A DNA stretch of 63,346 bases, counting the filler, from Saprolegnia diclina VS20 (Eukaryota): the NCBI RefSeq assembly GCF_000281045.1. It is 6 parts of 2 records of this genome, joined end to end, with 100 filler letters (N's around TTAATTAATTAA, not from the genome) between each part and the next. Parts side by side here need not be neighbours in the genome. Positions count along the whole stretch, not along the records: positions 31,574 to 56,549 come from NW_008246083.1; 5 more parts are not named here. One strand, given 5' to 3'. Under the pieces are notes generated by a model. The model did no database searches. It was given only the letters and a program-made list of their open reading frames with translations, and was not told the DNA's origin. The position numbers were made by a program, and so were the translations under genes. Positions 35,421-47,568 of this stretch are shown here, piece after piece; position 1 is the first letter of the stretch; each line of letters opens with the position of its first letter.

Positions 35421-37218
35421 CTAAGCAGTAGCTGCAAGATCTGCTGTCAATATACTTGAGCGCTGGACGTACAGTAGAGCTGCCACCCACTGCCGCATCG
35501 CACGCATGCCCGCTTTCTGCTGGTCGGTGACCAAGGCCGTGTAAGTGCAGACCATATTGTGGCAGTCGATCTCGACGAGGTGGCGCAAGTGTTGGCGGCT
35601 CAAGTGGCGCAGCGTCACCTTTTGCTGGCGGTGGGCTGCCTACCAGCTATACACTCGAGCAGCTCGCATCTCCGCAGCCCGCACCTCGAGAGCGATGCGC
35701 TGTCGAGAGACAAGCATGTCGCGGCGGGTCTCCCACAGTGGAGGCTCGTCGAGAGGCTTGTGCATCTCGTCGTCGACCTGCGCCTGGAGCCGTTCTTCGT
35801 ACGCCGTGTGCTCGGCTCGAATACGCTTCTTTGCGCTCTCCAGTGCGTGGTTGATGTGGAAGCGCTCATGGTCGCTCCATGCTTGGTCCTTGACAGCGAC
35901 ACGACACTCTTCTGCGTCCATAGCTGGTCGCGTCTCGATAGAAGCGCAGTTATGCTCGGACGCAGATTGGTCACGCGTGTACAGGGCCATCGTTTGGACG
36001 CCTCGATCCGGCGGCTGCCTGCGCAACGTGAGGCTTTAGCGCGCTCGAGTCGGACGCACCTCTGGCAAAGACGGCGGTACTCTACATAGAGATCGTCCGC
36101 GACTTGGATTTGCTTGCACTGAAACGTGCTCCAGAGGGTTTGCAGCTGACGCATTGTCTCTTGCGCTTGCGCGCTTCGGTGCTGCTTCTCATCGTCCATC
36201 ACAACAGCGTCGATTCGGGCAGCCACATGGCTCCACTCGAGCATCGTGGTCAAAGGTATCGGATTCAGAGACTTGCTGCACGCACTCTCGGCAGTATAAA
36301 GGATATTTGCTGCGAGCGATAAAGTCGGCCTCTTTCAGCAGCAGCTTCTGAAGCGGCTTGGAGGGCGGTAGCGGCGTCTCGGCCTACACCTACGGATGGC
36401 CAAAGTGACGCAAGACCGTTCGCGCACCTTGGTCTTGGCCGCGCGGTACTGGATTTCGTGCAGCGCTTGCTGATACTCCTCCTGCGATACGGCCCTCCGG
36501 GCGAGTGCTATGATATACCGACTACCTCGAGGTCGTCGCACGCAGCGAGGCAGCGTCGCCGCCATACGTCCGTCATGTTGAAACGGACGGCCGTCCAGAA
36601 TTGTGCATGTCATGGTTATTATAGGTTACGGCGCAGCGTAGGGCTTGCAAGGACCAAGAGACTCTCTGCGATCGATAAGAGCGTTGGCGGCGTCTCGAGC
36701 TTGGCCTTCTTCGCGGGTCGCTCTTGCGGCGTCGGGAGTAGCAGTGGCGCCGCCTTTGGGAAGCGCGGTGAGATCTTGGCCAGCGCGAGCTTGCCGTCGT
36801 CGCCAAACAAGGACTTGGGCAGCGCGGGCACGAGCACCTTGACAGCGCGGCGCGTCGGATGCTCGTTGGCCATGGTGCGCACGTGGAGCTGCTGGCGATT
36901 CAAGAGCTTCGAGACGATGAGAAGGTCGACCTGCGTCTCGCGGATGTGCTCGAGACACATCTGCGTCTGCAGCGCGGGGACATACGCCGAGAAGACGAGC
37001 GCTTGCTGGAAGGCATCCAGCGCTTGGTTGAGGTAGATGGCTCGGTGGCTCTCTTGGCCGAGGAGCGACGCCGCCGTCGCGCGCATGGTTTGGCCGTGGC
37101 GCATGAGGTCGAGGAACTTGTTGACCTCGGGCGGGTCTTGGCGCCGACGCTTGGCGGCTACCTGGGTAGATGGCGTCAGCAGCCGCGAGGGCGAAGCCAC
37201 CGACCGTACCTTGCTCAT
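35421..37218 (-). CDS. Hypothetical helical/coiled-coil protein (multi-exon; could be two genes; 3' end uncertain)
   Basis: GC3-biased ORF pieces (MSKVRSVASP…, EEYQQALHEIQYR, AQETMRQLQTLW, LESAKKRIRAEHTAYEERL) that can be joined by short introns. No recognised domain. Confidence 0.5.
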
Positions 37219-38078
37219 GGGGTTCCGGACCAACGAGTGTCGGTCGACCCTCTTCTTGGCAGTTCGAAGTTCATTTGCACCAATCCCAAGCTCGGATTCT
37301 AATTAAGCTTGCGATTTGTATGAGCGGTGCACCAACACTCTAGACAAAGAGTGATGGTGGAATACCTGTTTTCGTCAATTGTTAGCCATGTCACCATCCC
37401 GCTTTGACGATTGGCCAAAGGCCCGTGATTTCAGCCAATGGGCACGGCGCACGGAAGCATCCAAGAAGATCGGTGATGGAGGTAGAAGAGCCGCCCCCGA
37501 GACACAGTGGTTCGTTCCCGCCACCTCGTGGCACCATAATGAACCATGGACTCTACTAAAGCTGAACTAGGCTACTGCGTCGCCAATGGCTCGCGCTCTG
37601 GTGCGGAAGTGGGGCGAGCGAGCTTGCATTGACCAACATTCCCAAGCGTAGGGACGTCCAAAGGCAGGAAACGAACCAGAACTTAGCGGTCGTGTTGCAT
37701 CGGAGAGCAATCTCGCACGTGCGATTCGTCAACTGTCGATACTTTGGCAACGCACTCCTAGTTGATTTCGCTTAAGCACTAACGAATTCGCTGTAGCAAT
37801 CGATCAAACCGTGCTTGATGTTGAACACGGCGCAATGCGGCGCTTTGATTGGTGCACTTCGTTCGAATCTGACCAATGGCATGCGAGACAAAACGCACCC
37901 CACGTTCTGGAGCGACCCCTTTCCAAAGGCATTCACATAATATGTGAATTGGATGTCCCTTTTTGCGGCCAAGTGAATTCGTCGGTTTTTGCAGCGAAAG
38001 AACCCATGTTGAAAACTGGCGAATCGAAGCAAGCAAAAGTACCAGGAAAGTTATTCCTACAATCAGTGCACAACACGA

Positions 38079-39158
38079 CTACTTGTCGCCGAGCGGAAGG
38101 TACTCGTCGGTCGAGAGCATCATGAGCAAATCCGAGTCGAGGAGCGAGTAGATGGGCGTGATCTCTGCGAGGACAAAGAGCGCAACGAGGAGCATCGACT
38201 GCATCGAGACCGTGTCCTTCTCCGTGTTGAACCAACCCTAATCCATCTTGTATTGACTAATCCAACTCAGTACTAGTAGTACCTTTGTGAACGTCAGCAG
38301 AATCATGACGCTGTACAGAATGCGCCCGAGGCTCCACACAAGCGCGACGCGCCCGACCTTGGAGAGCTTGGCCTTGGCGTGCACCGACTTGTACGGAAAG
38401 CCCGAGAGCGTCACCGAGAGGTACATCCACGTGCCAAGGATGATTGCAGGCAGCGCCAAGTCGGAAGCGGCGACCGTGTCTACGTCCCTCATCAGCACAA
38501 GACGGCAACCAGGGCGTACAAAAGATGAGCAACGGAATCAAAGCGAGGCGCGTGCCGGCGTCGTTGTCAAAGATCCCGGCGATCGCGCCATCTTCCTTGA
38601 GGAAGAGAAGCCCGTAGAGCACGACCTGCGTGAGGTACAGCCCGCCGTTGAAGATGAGGTAGAAAACCATCCACTTGCGGTGGAACTGGTCGGCCGAGAA
38701 CCAGTGGCGCCGCGACGACTGGAACGTCTCGGCCCAGAGCAGCACGACGAGGAGGTACGCCGACACGAAGAGGTAGTCGGGAAGGTTGAAGAGGACGGCG
38801 ACCACCTACCACAGCGTGTGGGACGTCGTACTGGCGACGCATGTACCTTGTTGTAGAACGAGAGGTCCGACTCTTCTGCGTGCGGCGTGTCGTCCGGGAC
38901 CTGGAAGCGCCCGCTCAGCGGCGACAAGGACGCATCCGTGTGCTGAAAATCAAGGAAGCACAGCGTCGTGAACGTCGCCGTGCGGAAGAGACACCCGAGC
39001 GAGATGGTCATGAGAAGAAGCTGCGTCGTGCGGGACATGGACGCATTCTTGTGGCGCGTCGCGTAGAGCTTGGAGACGCTGATGAACGTCATGAGCATGT
39101 AGCAGAGCGCTAGGAAGTAGGAGGCCATGGCCAGCCCCGAGAGAAAGAGCATCGCCAT
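38079..39158 (-). CDS. THH1/TOM1/TOM3 (DUF1084)/GPR137-like multi-pass membrane protein
   Basis: About 7 TM helices, GCLFRTATF, LFNLPDYLFVSAYLLVVLLWAE, LSGFPY, LFVLAEITP. Unspliced C-terminus DEYLPLGDK* contains a YxxL motif. An alternative spliced end at 37933 is possible. Confidence 0.7.
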
Positions 39159-39536
39159 CGTATCCGCCCGTCCTTCGACCTTTCTGCGGCTGCGCCCAAT
39201 GGCCTTGCGCCGATTTTCAAGGAGCCAATGGCATCGCGTCGATCAAATCACTTGTTTTTGTATGCGGTCGGCAGCTTTTCGAAGAAGCCGCCGAACACGC
39301 CGGAGGACCCTCGGCGGGACGCTGCGGGTGGACTGAGTGAGTAGCTCTGCACCGCTCCGGCGGTGCCTCATGTTACCATTCTTACAGTGTCGACGCGGCC
39401 TCGTTACGCCGTCTGCGGCCGACGTCGATTGACGTTTGGGTGCGAGCCACTTGGTTTGTGCAGCACTGGGTGGTGGGATTACTACACCTTAAATACGACT
39501 AGGCTAGCTATTACATGGCTTCAACGCATATCCGAT

Positions 39537-40532
39537 CTATGCGGTGCTGCCTTGAAAGGACGCGAGATACGTCAAGTCCAATGGCGCCTCAGTCTGGCGG
39601 CGGGGCCGGTGGTACTGTGGCGTGAGCCAGCCGCTTTCACACGAGAGGCGCCGGGGCGTCCGGTGCACGGGCGGCGACTTGGTGTCGGACTCGACGGTGG
39701 ACGCTTCGGACTCGAGCAGCGTCTCCCGGGTGGGCACCTTGGCGCGTGCCTTTGCGCCCGCGCACGCCAGACAAATTGCAACCCCGGACGCGCGGCTGCC
39801 AATGTCTTTGCACCCGACGCAGAGCGGCTTGGCGCACCCGACGCACGCGACAAAGTTGTTGGCGCGCTCAAAGCTCGACGGCTTGGTGAGGCACATGGAG
39901 CAGCGCTCAAAGAGCTTCTTGAGCGACGCGCGGACGACCGTGTCGAGGTGCTTGACGCTCTGTGCGCGGCGCGACGTCATGCGCGACCCAATGACCGTCG
40001 ACACGCTCTTCCAGTCGACGTCGACCACCGAGCTCGCGTGGAGCACGAGCGGGTCGCTCGACTCGACGACAACGATGCCCCACGTCCGGACGACAGCACG
40101 GACATAGCTGGCGTTGGGCGTCGTAGTCGGGAACTCGTGCGACGTGAGGTAACGCGCGACGCCGCGCCGGCCATTCGTGTCCGTGAACGCCTTGAAGCAC
40201 TCAATGTAGGTCACGTCGCGGTCGCGCATGAAGGGCACCGGCGCCTTGAAGATGCCGTAGCGCAGCTCGACATGCAAATGGTCGCTCTCGACTACATGCA
40301 GGAGCGTCGACTTGTCCACGTGCACGTACGACGCCGCGGCGGCCGCGTCGTTGGGCGACGCGAGGAGGCGGCCGACGTCGTCGAGCGGTGTCGGGAGGCG
40401 CAGTTGGCAGCGGCAGGCCTCGTAGGTGTTGGAGACAGGCGGCTTGCCGCTTCCGGTCGCCCACGAAATGAGCTCGTTGATCCCTTGGCCCGCGGTCGCA
40501 AGAATTGCGCTCTTGTCTACCACGGCTGCCAT
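39537..40532 (-). CDS. START-like + FYVE-like zinc finger protein (paralogue A)
   Basis: FKAPVPFMRDRDVTYIE…GRRGVAR…YVRA…WGIVV…DWK, then CSMC…CVGCAKPLCVGC…CLAC. Start chosen by alignment to paralogue B. An upstream ATG at 40646 is possible. Confidence 0.8.
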   Translation of the reverse strand: MAAVVDKSAILATAGQGINELISWATGSGKPPVSNTYEACRCQLRLPTPLDDVGRLLASPNDAAAAASYVHVDKSTLLHVVESDHLHVELRYGIFKAPVPFMRDRDVTYIECFKAFTDTNGRRGVARYLTSHEFPTTTPNASYVRAVVRTWGIVVVESSDPLVLHASSVVDVDWKSVSTVIGSRMTSRRAQSVKHLDTVVRASLKKLFERCSMCLTKPSSFERANNFVACVGCAKPLCVGCKDIGSRASGVAICLACAGAKARAKVPTRETLLESEASTVESDTKSPPVHRTPRRLSCESGWLTPQYHRPRRQTEAPLDLTYLASFQGSTA

Positions 40533-41299
40533 CGTCCAAGTAAAATCCAAAATGGCAACAAGGCGTTCGATATCTGTCGCAGACGGCGTGTAATCTTGAA
40601 CGCGATGGGCCGCACGTACTGTAGTATCGGGTGGTGTATCCCCCATCGCTCGCGTTGCTGGGACAGCCGTGGGACGCCTGCGCGTCAGGTCGTGGACTTA
40701 TCGAGAGCCGTAGCGCTACGAGCGCTGAAGCCAACGCTGCGCTCGCCGCGGGCGGCGGTGGACCGTGGGACACCAGTGGCGCATGAAAATCGACAGGAAA
40801 GGGTTGCACAGCTGGAGAAGCCGCGGCAAGCGTGGCGTCAGCACGACTGCTGACTACCATGACCGATCGCGAGATACCGGCGTGTATCTCGGCAGCAACC
40901 TCACATGCTCACAAGGTACCGGGTACTTGGAGATCGCCGCGGCTTGACCCAAGTGACTTCGCACCGTGCAGTATCTGTCTGGCCTTTGCCACTCGAGTCA
41001 TCGTTGCAAAAACATGCGCGCTGGGCCGTGGGGCCGCCACGTCACGCCGGAACCGAATAGCCACCCGTGGCGCGAAAAAAATAGTGCCCTTGCATCTTGG
41101 ATGGCATTGCCTTGTCCGGCAACTGCGCCACCCACGGCCACCCGCGTCGCACGCTGTGGTAACACCTCTACGACGTCAGAACAGGTCGCACATTGCCTTT
41201 CTGCGAGCACAGGCATCCAAAAGCTTAACCGAGAGCCGTGTTGCAAAGACTATTACTGCGATAAATACCATGGCGTACGTCGATGACGAGCCGCACAGC

Positions 41300-42301
41300 C
41301 TACTCCTGTACTGTCGACACCTTGTACGCCGAGACATATGATAGGTCCAGGCCCGTGCCGCGGGGGCGACGGTGGTCCTGGGGCGTGAACCAGCCGCTGT
41401 CGGCGGCGGCGTGCCCTCGGGTGGCATGGCGGCAGGTTTGTGGCGACCGCGCGTCGCCTGCCGACCCCACAGTCGACGCCAAGTCGGATACGACGCGCGA
41501 CGGCCGCGTCGCTGGGCGAGGGGCGCGCGGGTGTCGGCAGATGACGCACACGGGGGCGACGTCTGCATTGCGGCAGCGGACACATAGAGGCTTGCGGCAC
41601 GCTGTGCACGGTACCAGCCGCGGCCCGAGCTCAAAGATTGCGGGCTTTACATGGCAGAGGCCGCATCGGTCCCGCAGCCGCTTGCGAAGAAGCGCGGGAA
41701 GCTGCTTGATGCTCTGGGCGCGGCGCGACGTCATGTGGGAGGCGCCCCACGCAGGCATTTGGCCCTTCCAGTCAATGTCGACGATCGTGCTGGCGTAGAT
41801 AACCTTGGTATCGGACGACTCGAGGAGCACGAGGCCCCAGTTGCGCACGTCGGCGCGAATGTAGCCAGACCGGTAGTCCATAGCGCGCAGGGGGTACGAC
41901 GTGATGAAGCGCGCAAACCCCCTTCGGCCACGGCGGTCCAGAAACAGCTGCGAGCTTTCGAGGTAGCACGCGTCGCGGTCGCGCACGAACGGAATTGGCG
42001 ACCGGAAGACGCCCCACTTGAGCGCCACCTTGGCGGTCGCGGTCGTGGTTTCATACAGGACCCGCGCGTTGTCGACGCCGAGGTACGACGACGGCGCCTT
42101 GTAAAGCTCGACGATGTCGTCGAGGTCGTGGTAGCGCTCGAACACGAGCTGCTGCCGGCACACCTCGGAGGCCCACGTTGGCGACCGCGGCACGTGGCTG
42201 TTGGGCGGGAGGCCGTCGGCCCACGCCACGAGGTCCTCGAGGCCGGTGGTCGCTCGTTCCAAGAGGCGTGTGCGCTCGGCGGCGTCCAAGTCGACTGACA
42301 T
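41300..42301 (-). CDS. START-like + FYVE-like zinc finger protein (paralogue B)
   Basis: FRSPIPFVRDRDACYLE…GRRGFAR…YIRA…DWKG, then CGLC…CTACRKPLCVRC…CVIC. Confidence 0.82.
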   Translation of the reverse strand: MSVDLDAAERTRLLERATTGLEDLVAWADGLPPNSHVPRSPTWASEVCRQQLVFERYHDLDDIVELYKAPSSYLGVDNARVLYETTTATAKVALKWGVFRSPIPFVRDRDACYLESSQLFLDRRGRRGFARFITSYPLRAMDYRSGYIRADVRNWGLVLLESSDTKVIYASTIVDIDWKGQMPAWGASHMTSRRAQSIKQLPALLRKRLRDRCGLCHVKPAIFELGPRLVPCTACRKPLCVRCRNADVAPVCVICRHPRAPRPATRPSRVVSDLASTVGSAGDARSPQTCRHATRGHAAADSGWFTPQDHRRPRGTGLDLSYVSAYKVSTVQE

Positions 42302-43117
42302 TCACGTGCTTCGGACAAAGATAAAAACTGGGGCTGTCGAGCGCCGCAGGCTCAAACCCATCCAACCGAAGACTACAGTACTGCGTATCATAGCGTTTTA
42401 GCAGCAAGTATTCGGTGACGCCAAAGAAGCCAGCGCTCCATACGAAGCGGCGGTCGGTCGCTTCACTCTATCGCATCGAGCAGCCAATGGTTTGGTCGAT
42501 TCGACCTCCCGCTCGATGGCCAAACGGTGGGAACTGTCGTCGACGACGGCATCAAGCGGGCGTCCTTGCACCCGGCAAGCAATCTTTGTTCGCGTTTGTC
42601 GTCGTCAAGCAGCATGCGAAGGAGAATGGTAGCCAGCTGCATCCTGCGTTCTATGAGGTACTTGAGGTTGTTACTTCGGCGCAGCATAATTCAAGCCATA
42701 CCTTGATGCGACGTGATAGAATCGTGGGGCTTGCTGTGCAGTGTGCTGCGCGCTGGGTGAAGTGAGACCGCGACTCTGGCGGGCGTGGGACGCGCGCGTA
42801 AATCTGAGAGATATCACCCGACACTCTCGCACCTAGTCCAACACTCATACCGATTCGACAACAGATGTTGCAACAGAAGTTCAAGGGTGAGATCTGGCGT
42901 TGCGATTATTGTCGACTTGTGCACTGTAGGAGCAAAGGACGACCACACTCTCACGCTGCATTGCGCTGACCACACGCTACGATCAGAAAAGCGGGAGCGT
43001 TGGCACCCAGGCTGTAACCACACCCAATTGCCGGCGGCGAGGAGTCTGGTCGGAGGAATTAGATAATGACGAGTATACTAGTATACTAGTACATGTTGAC
43101 AAGGGTTGATTTAGGTC

Positions 43118-44689
43118 TCAGACGCTGGCTTGGCTATGCTGAGCTGCCAACGACTTCTGGATCTCGGCCACCAGCCGTCGCTGGTACTCGAGGGACGCCA
43201 TGAACGACGGATCAACGCCCGCCGTGTTCGTCGGGGCGACCGCGCTACTTGCCGAGACGTGTGCCAGGGCTTCTTGGACGACTTGGTTGGTCATGGCTGT
43301 ATCACCGTCTACAAGACGCATCAATCATCTGATTTCTGATGTACAATGACGTACGCCAGCCACGGTAGCTCTCGAGGAGCAGCGAGATGTCCGAGAGCGG
43401 TGAGTCGGATGCAAAGCCATTCGCGTCATAGTCTTGAAGAGTCAGCGCGACGTCCATCGACTCTTGCGTGCTCGAGCCTACAACAATCTAAGTTTCCGTG
43501 GTTGCGTGCACGTAGACTACGTACTTGTGCGCCGCGTCTCGTCGTCGGGGCTCTTCCAGCTGATGTTTGTCTGCGACGGTAGCCGCGACGCTGTAAAGCA
43601 CGCTTTGCAATACGCCGCCTTTTCAATCGGGTGGCTTGAATCGGACGTCACGGATCGAGCGATCGCGACGGGCTGCGGGACGACAACGGTGCACTTTTTA
43701 CACGCCACCTAAGAGCCACCTCGGTCAGTACGAATGCAACGCAACACATTTGTACGTGGCCACAGAAGCGGCAGCTTCGCCACCGCTTGCACTGCGTTGA
43801 GCATACGTGACACGGCTGGGACGACCTACAGCAAAATTCCGCCGTCAGCCTATTGTTGCGTGGGAGAGAGTTGTACGCAGGATCACGGGCCCGGTGTTGC
43901 GGGGCCGGAGGCGCCTCCACGAGTCGACGGAGGCGAGCGATATCGGAGAACGTTGCGGCGTTGAGCGCGTGCTTTTGCGCCGTTCGCTTGTTGAAGAACC
44001 ACGGAGGGATCTTGCCTTGGGGATTGAGGTGGCCCACGATGCTAAACTGAACGCGGCCACTCGGGAGCTCGGAGAAGACCCACCCCATCTCGTACGTGAA
44101 GCGCACGACGTTGTGCAGCGGCGGAAAGGCGTCCGCCTCGATCGAGTGGCGGACTTGGTACAGCGTTCGCACGCCGTCCTCGACCGTCGTGCCCGAGAGC
44201 TAGACAAGATGAGTGGTGCAATCGGCGATGGCGGAAGCGCACCTCGGCGTAGACCGTGTCGCGCGGCTGGAACATGGCGTGGAGCTGCAGCCGCGCGTAC
44301 TTGATGCCAAACCACCGGAACGGGTCCTGGAGAGTCTTGGTGTCGGCGACTTGGAGCACCGCGCCGTCGAGGAAGCTGTGCTTGTAGAGCAACGCCTGCA
44401 CCGTGCGGTGGGCCTGCGTCGTCGACGCGTAGAGCCCCTCGGCGATCTCGTCGAGCGACGCGTCGCAGTGTCCGAGGATGACAAACTCCATGAAAGATGA
44501 GTTGGGGCAGGTGCGTTGGAAGGCCTGGAAGCCGTGCTTGGTCATCGTGAGCTTGTAGCCCTGGCTATTGAGGTACGTTGGGTGGCGGCGCTGGTTCTGG
44601 GCCGTCGCCGTCGCGCGCGCCGCGATCGCTTGCGTTGACGAGCGGTGGAGCGCGAGGTCGGTGGCCGGGAGCGGAAGGAAGGCGTCCAT
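43118..44689 (-). CDS. START-like + FYVE-like protein (more divergent paralogue C; multi-exon)
   Basis: GHCDASLDEIAEGLY…FLDGAVL…PFRWFGIK…PRDTVYAE…NPQGKIP, then CHVC…CRFCGH|VACKKC…YCKAC. Confidence 0.75.
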
Positions 44690-45785
44690 GCTGATTCGAA
44701 ACTGGTGCTCTGTCGTGCGATGTTGCCACTGGCTCCGTATACACACGGGACAAGGTATGCGACACTCAATCTGTCGTGGCTTTAAACAGCACCACGGAAG
44801 TCGACCAGCTGGCGGCCTCAAGTAGGTGCTCAATAGCAATTGAACTTGGAATACCTGGGACGCCTAGGAGGTTCGGTGTGGGGTTCGCGCCATTTTCCAA
44901 ACATCCTGTCTTCGCCCTCGCCAAGTGTCGTGCAAACTGTTGCAGGCAGTAGATAGCACTAATGCGTTCGGCGACCTTCGATGCCTTGACGTTCTGATAA
45001 TACTTGCGCACCGGGCGACATGGTTTGCGTGGCCGCACAGGCACCGGTCGTGCCACCTGTTCCGGGTTGAAAAGGCGCGTTGGAGCGTTGAAGTCTTGCT
45101 CTCAATTGATGAAACCGGTGTCGTCGTCTCGCACGTTGTGACCAGCAGTTCGGTACGTCGGTGGGATGTAAAGAACACACTCTTTTTGAGGGCTTCGCCA
45201 GGCCTCTGGAGTAGCTACTCCGTTCGCGAAGACTCTTTGCGTCACATTCGAAGCGTAAATGTATACTAGTAGTCCTATTTCTGCTGAAATGCGCAGACTG
45301 ACACGACGATATGAATGATTGCCACTGGTCCTGTTGTGGCAATATAATTCCTGTGCGAAGCCCCAACGGATCCAATCAAACACGTCCGTTGGTGACGACG
45401 CGGTGACGAGGAAGCATCCCATGTTGACCTTCAAGAGTATCTTTCCTGCTTGTGCTCTCCATTATCATTGCCATTGCGTAAACATCACCGAGTTCTTTTA
45501 CGCCAAAATGACAGACAGAGAATCGCAGAGCGCTCGTTGACTTGGTCACAAAGCTCGTGACGTTCGCTGCATCTACGTCATGGGCTCGTCACCAGGCGGC
45601 AGTGACGACGACGCGCACGTCACGTATGCGTCCGCGCCAGTCAAGTCGCCCTGGCTCGATTGCCCGTTGATGCGATTATCGGACGACGGAATGGTGAGCA
45701 CAGTGATTGCTTGGATCTAGTAAGCGCCCACGTGTAAACGAGAGCAAAATGCTTTTATAAAAAATAAATAAAAACAAAATAGAAT

Positions 45786-45858
45786 CGACCGTGATGGGAC
45801 TCGAACCCACAACCCCCTGATTAGAAGTCAGATGCGCTATCCATTGCGCCACACAGTC
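45786..45858 (-). tRNA. tRNA-Arg (anticodon TCT)
   Basis: 73-nt cloverleaf: acceptor GACTGTG/CACGGTC, D arm GCGC-AATGGATA-GCGC, anticodon arm TCTGA-CTTCTAA-TCAGG, T arm GTGGG-TTCGAGT-CCCAT. Followed by T runs (Pol III terminator) in an AT-rich island. Confidence 0.95.
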
Positions 45859-46188
45859 CCACTTGGCAACGAGGATATTTTTAAAGTACAATAGCGTTAG
45901 GAATTTTTTGCAACTTTTGTTCGTGTATGCTCTCAAATTGAAATTAGGTTTTTTCTTTTGAGCGCAGAGAGAGTCATAGCAGCTTTTTCGTTGAGGACCA
46001 GCGCCTTTCTGCACAGGATGTCTATTATTGTCTATTGCACAGTGGACAACTGCTGTCCGCGTTTCGACTAGCCTGTGCGCAGGACGATTGGTGGTCTGGT
46101 TGAAGTTCGGGCCTGATTTGGCGGGAATGACTAGGACTGCGTTGGCGAAAGCCTAATTAGAGCCGGTGGTCATAGCGCATTCTGCAAG

Positions 46189-47559
46189 ATGAACCTAGAT
46201 ACGCTCAACGCGACGCTGCCCGCCGACGCGCGCGTCCGCTGCGTCGAGCACCCGGTCTTTGGCGTCTCGCTTGTCGCGACCGAGGCCATCGCTGTCGGCG
46301 ACCTCGTCTGGGCCGAGGAGGCGGCGCTTGTGCGGCCCGGCTCGTCGCTCCTCGACTACGTCAAGCTCTTGCGCGCCCACGACGCCTCGGCGCTCGCGGC
46401 GATCCTCTCGCAGTTCATGACGCTCTCGTCTGCGGCCATCGACTCGGACCCGCTCTTTGGCACCATCAAGACGTACTGCGACGCGCTCAAGAAGGCTGAC
46501 CGCACGCTCGTGTGCCAGCTCGTCTCGGCCTTTGAGGTCAACGGCCATGGCCTCAACGGCGAGATTGCAGGCCTCTTCTCCATCGCGTCCAAAGCCGCGC
46601 ACTCGTGCAGCCCCAACGTCGTGTACCGGCCCGTGGGCGTTCAGGGCATGGCCTACACGGCCATCAAGCCGATCCCTGCCGGCAGCCTCATCTTGTACTC
46701 GTACATTGCGCGCGAGAAGCTCGGGTACCCGAGCCACGTACGCCAGGCCTTTCTGCAGCAAGCCTACTACTTTACGTGTGGCTGCGACCGCTGCAGCGCG
46801 CCCGACGACATGCGCCCGCTGCCGTGTCCCGCCTGCGCCGCGCCGACGCTGCTCTACAACCCGGTGACGCTGCAGTGGGTCTGCACAAGCTGCGCGGTCG
46901 TGACGCCCGAGGCGGCGCTCGGCGACGCCGTCGCCGTCGAAGAAGCGATCGAGAACCAAGTGCTGGCCTTCGATATCGACCCTGCCACGGCGACGCCCGA
47001 CGGCGTCCGCCACGTTCTCACGATGCTCGAGGCGCTCGCTGCGCCCAACCACTGGGCGGCCATCTACCTCTGGCGCATCCTCGTCGAGATGTCGCTGCCG
47101 CCATCCACCGAGCACATGGCGCCGCCGCTGCCCATGGCCAAGGTCCAGGCCGTGACCATGCGCATCGCACGCTGGTGCGACGACGTTCTCGCAACGTACA
47201 ACCCCGTCTCGGCGGCAATGCTCATCTTCACGTACCGGTCCGTGCTCTACAAGCTCTGCGACCGCGAACCCCAAGTGCTGGCACTGCTCACGCGCCTATA
47301 CCCATACTTCCGCCTCAACTTTGGCGCCAACGACGAAGACGTGGTCGAGTGGCGCGCGCTTGTGCTGACGAATGACGTGGCAACTGCCGAGCTCTCGCAC
47401 TGCGCGGGGTGTGCGGCGCCTCGCACGGGCGCGCTCGCATGCGCGCGCTGCAAGTGCGTTGCGTACTGCTCCAAGGCGTGCCAGGTGCGCGACTGGAAGG
47501 AGGGCGGCCACAAGGCGGCGTGCCGCCAGCTCTCGGCGCAGTGTTACATCGTGTCATAA
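46189..47559 (+). CDS. SET-domain protein (SMYD-like) with C-terminal zf-MYND
   Basis: FGVSLVATEAIAVGD, FEVNG, AHSCSPN, IPAGSLILYSY, post-SET YYFTCGCDRC, MYND CAGC…CARCKCVAYCSKACQVRDWKEGGHKAAC. Intronless. Confidence 0.9.
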   Translation: MNLDTLNATLPADARVRCVEHPVFGVSLVATEAIAVGDLVWAEEAALVRPGSSLLDYVKLLRAHDASALAAILSQFMTLSSAAIDSDPLFGTIKTYCDALKKADRTLVCQLVSAFEVNGHGLNGEIAGLFSIASKAAHSCSPNVVYRPVGVQGMAYTAIKPIPAGSLILYSYIAREKLGYPSHVRQAFLQQAYYFTCGCDRCSAPDDMRPLPCPACAAPTLLYNPVTLQWVCTSCAVVTPEAALGDAVAVEEAIENQVLAFDIDPATATPDGVRHVLTMLEALAAPNHWAAIYLWRILVEMSLPPSTEHMAPPLPMAKVQAVTMRIARWCDDVLATYNPVSAAMLIFTYRSVLYKLCDREPQVLALLTRLYPYFRLNFGANDEDVVEWRALVLTNDVATAELSHCAGCAAPRTGALACARCKCVAYCSKACQVRDWKEGGHKAACRQLSAQCYIVS

Positions 47560-47568
47560 TCCAACTAA

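Noticed and set aside
44766..45540. ORF fragments between the START gene and the tRNA
   Set aside because: No domain similarity recognised, and stops interrupt the frames.
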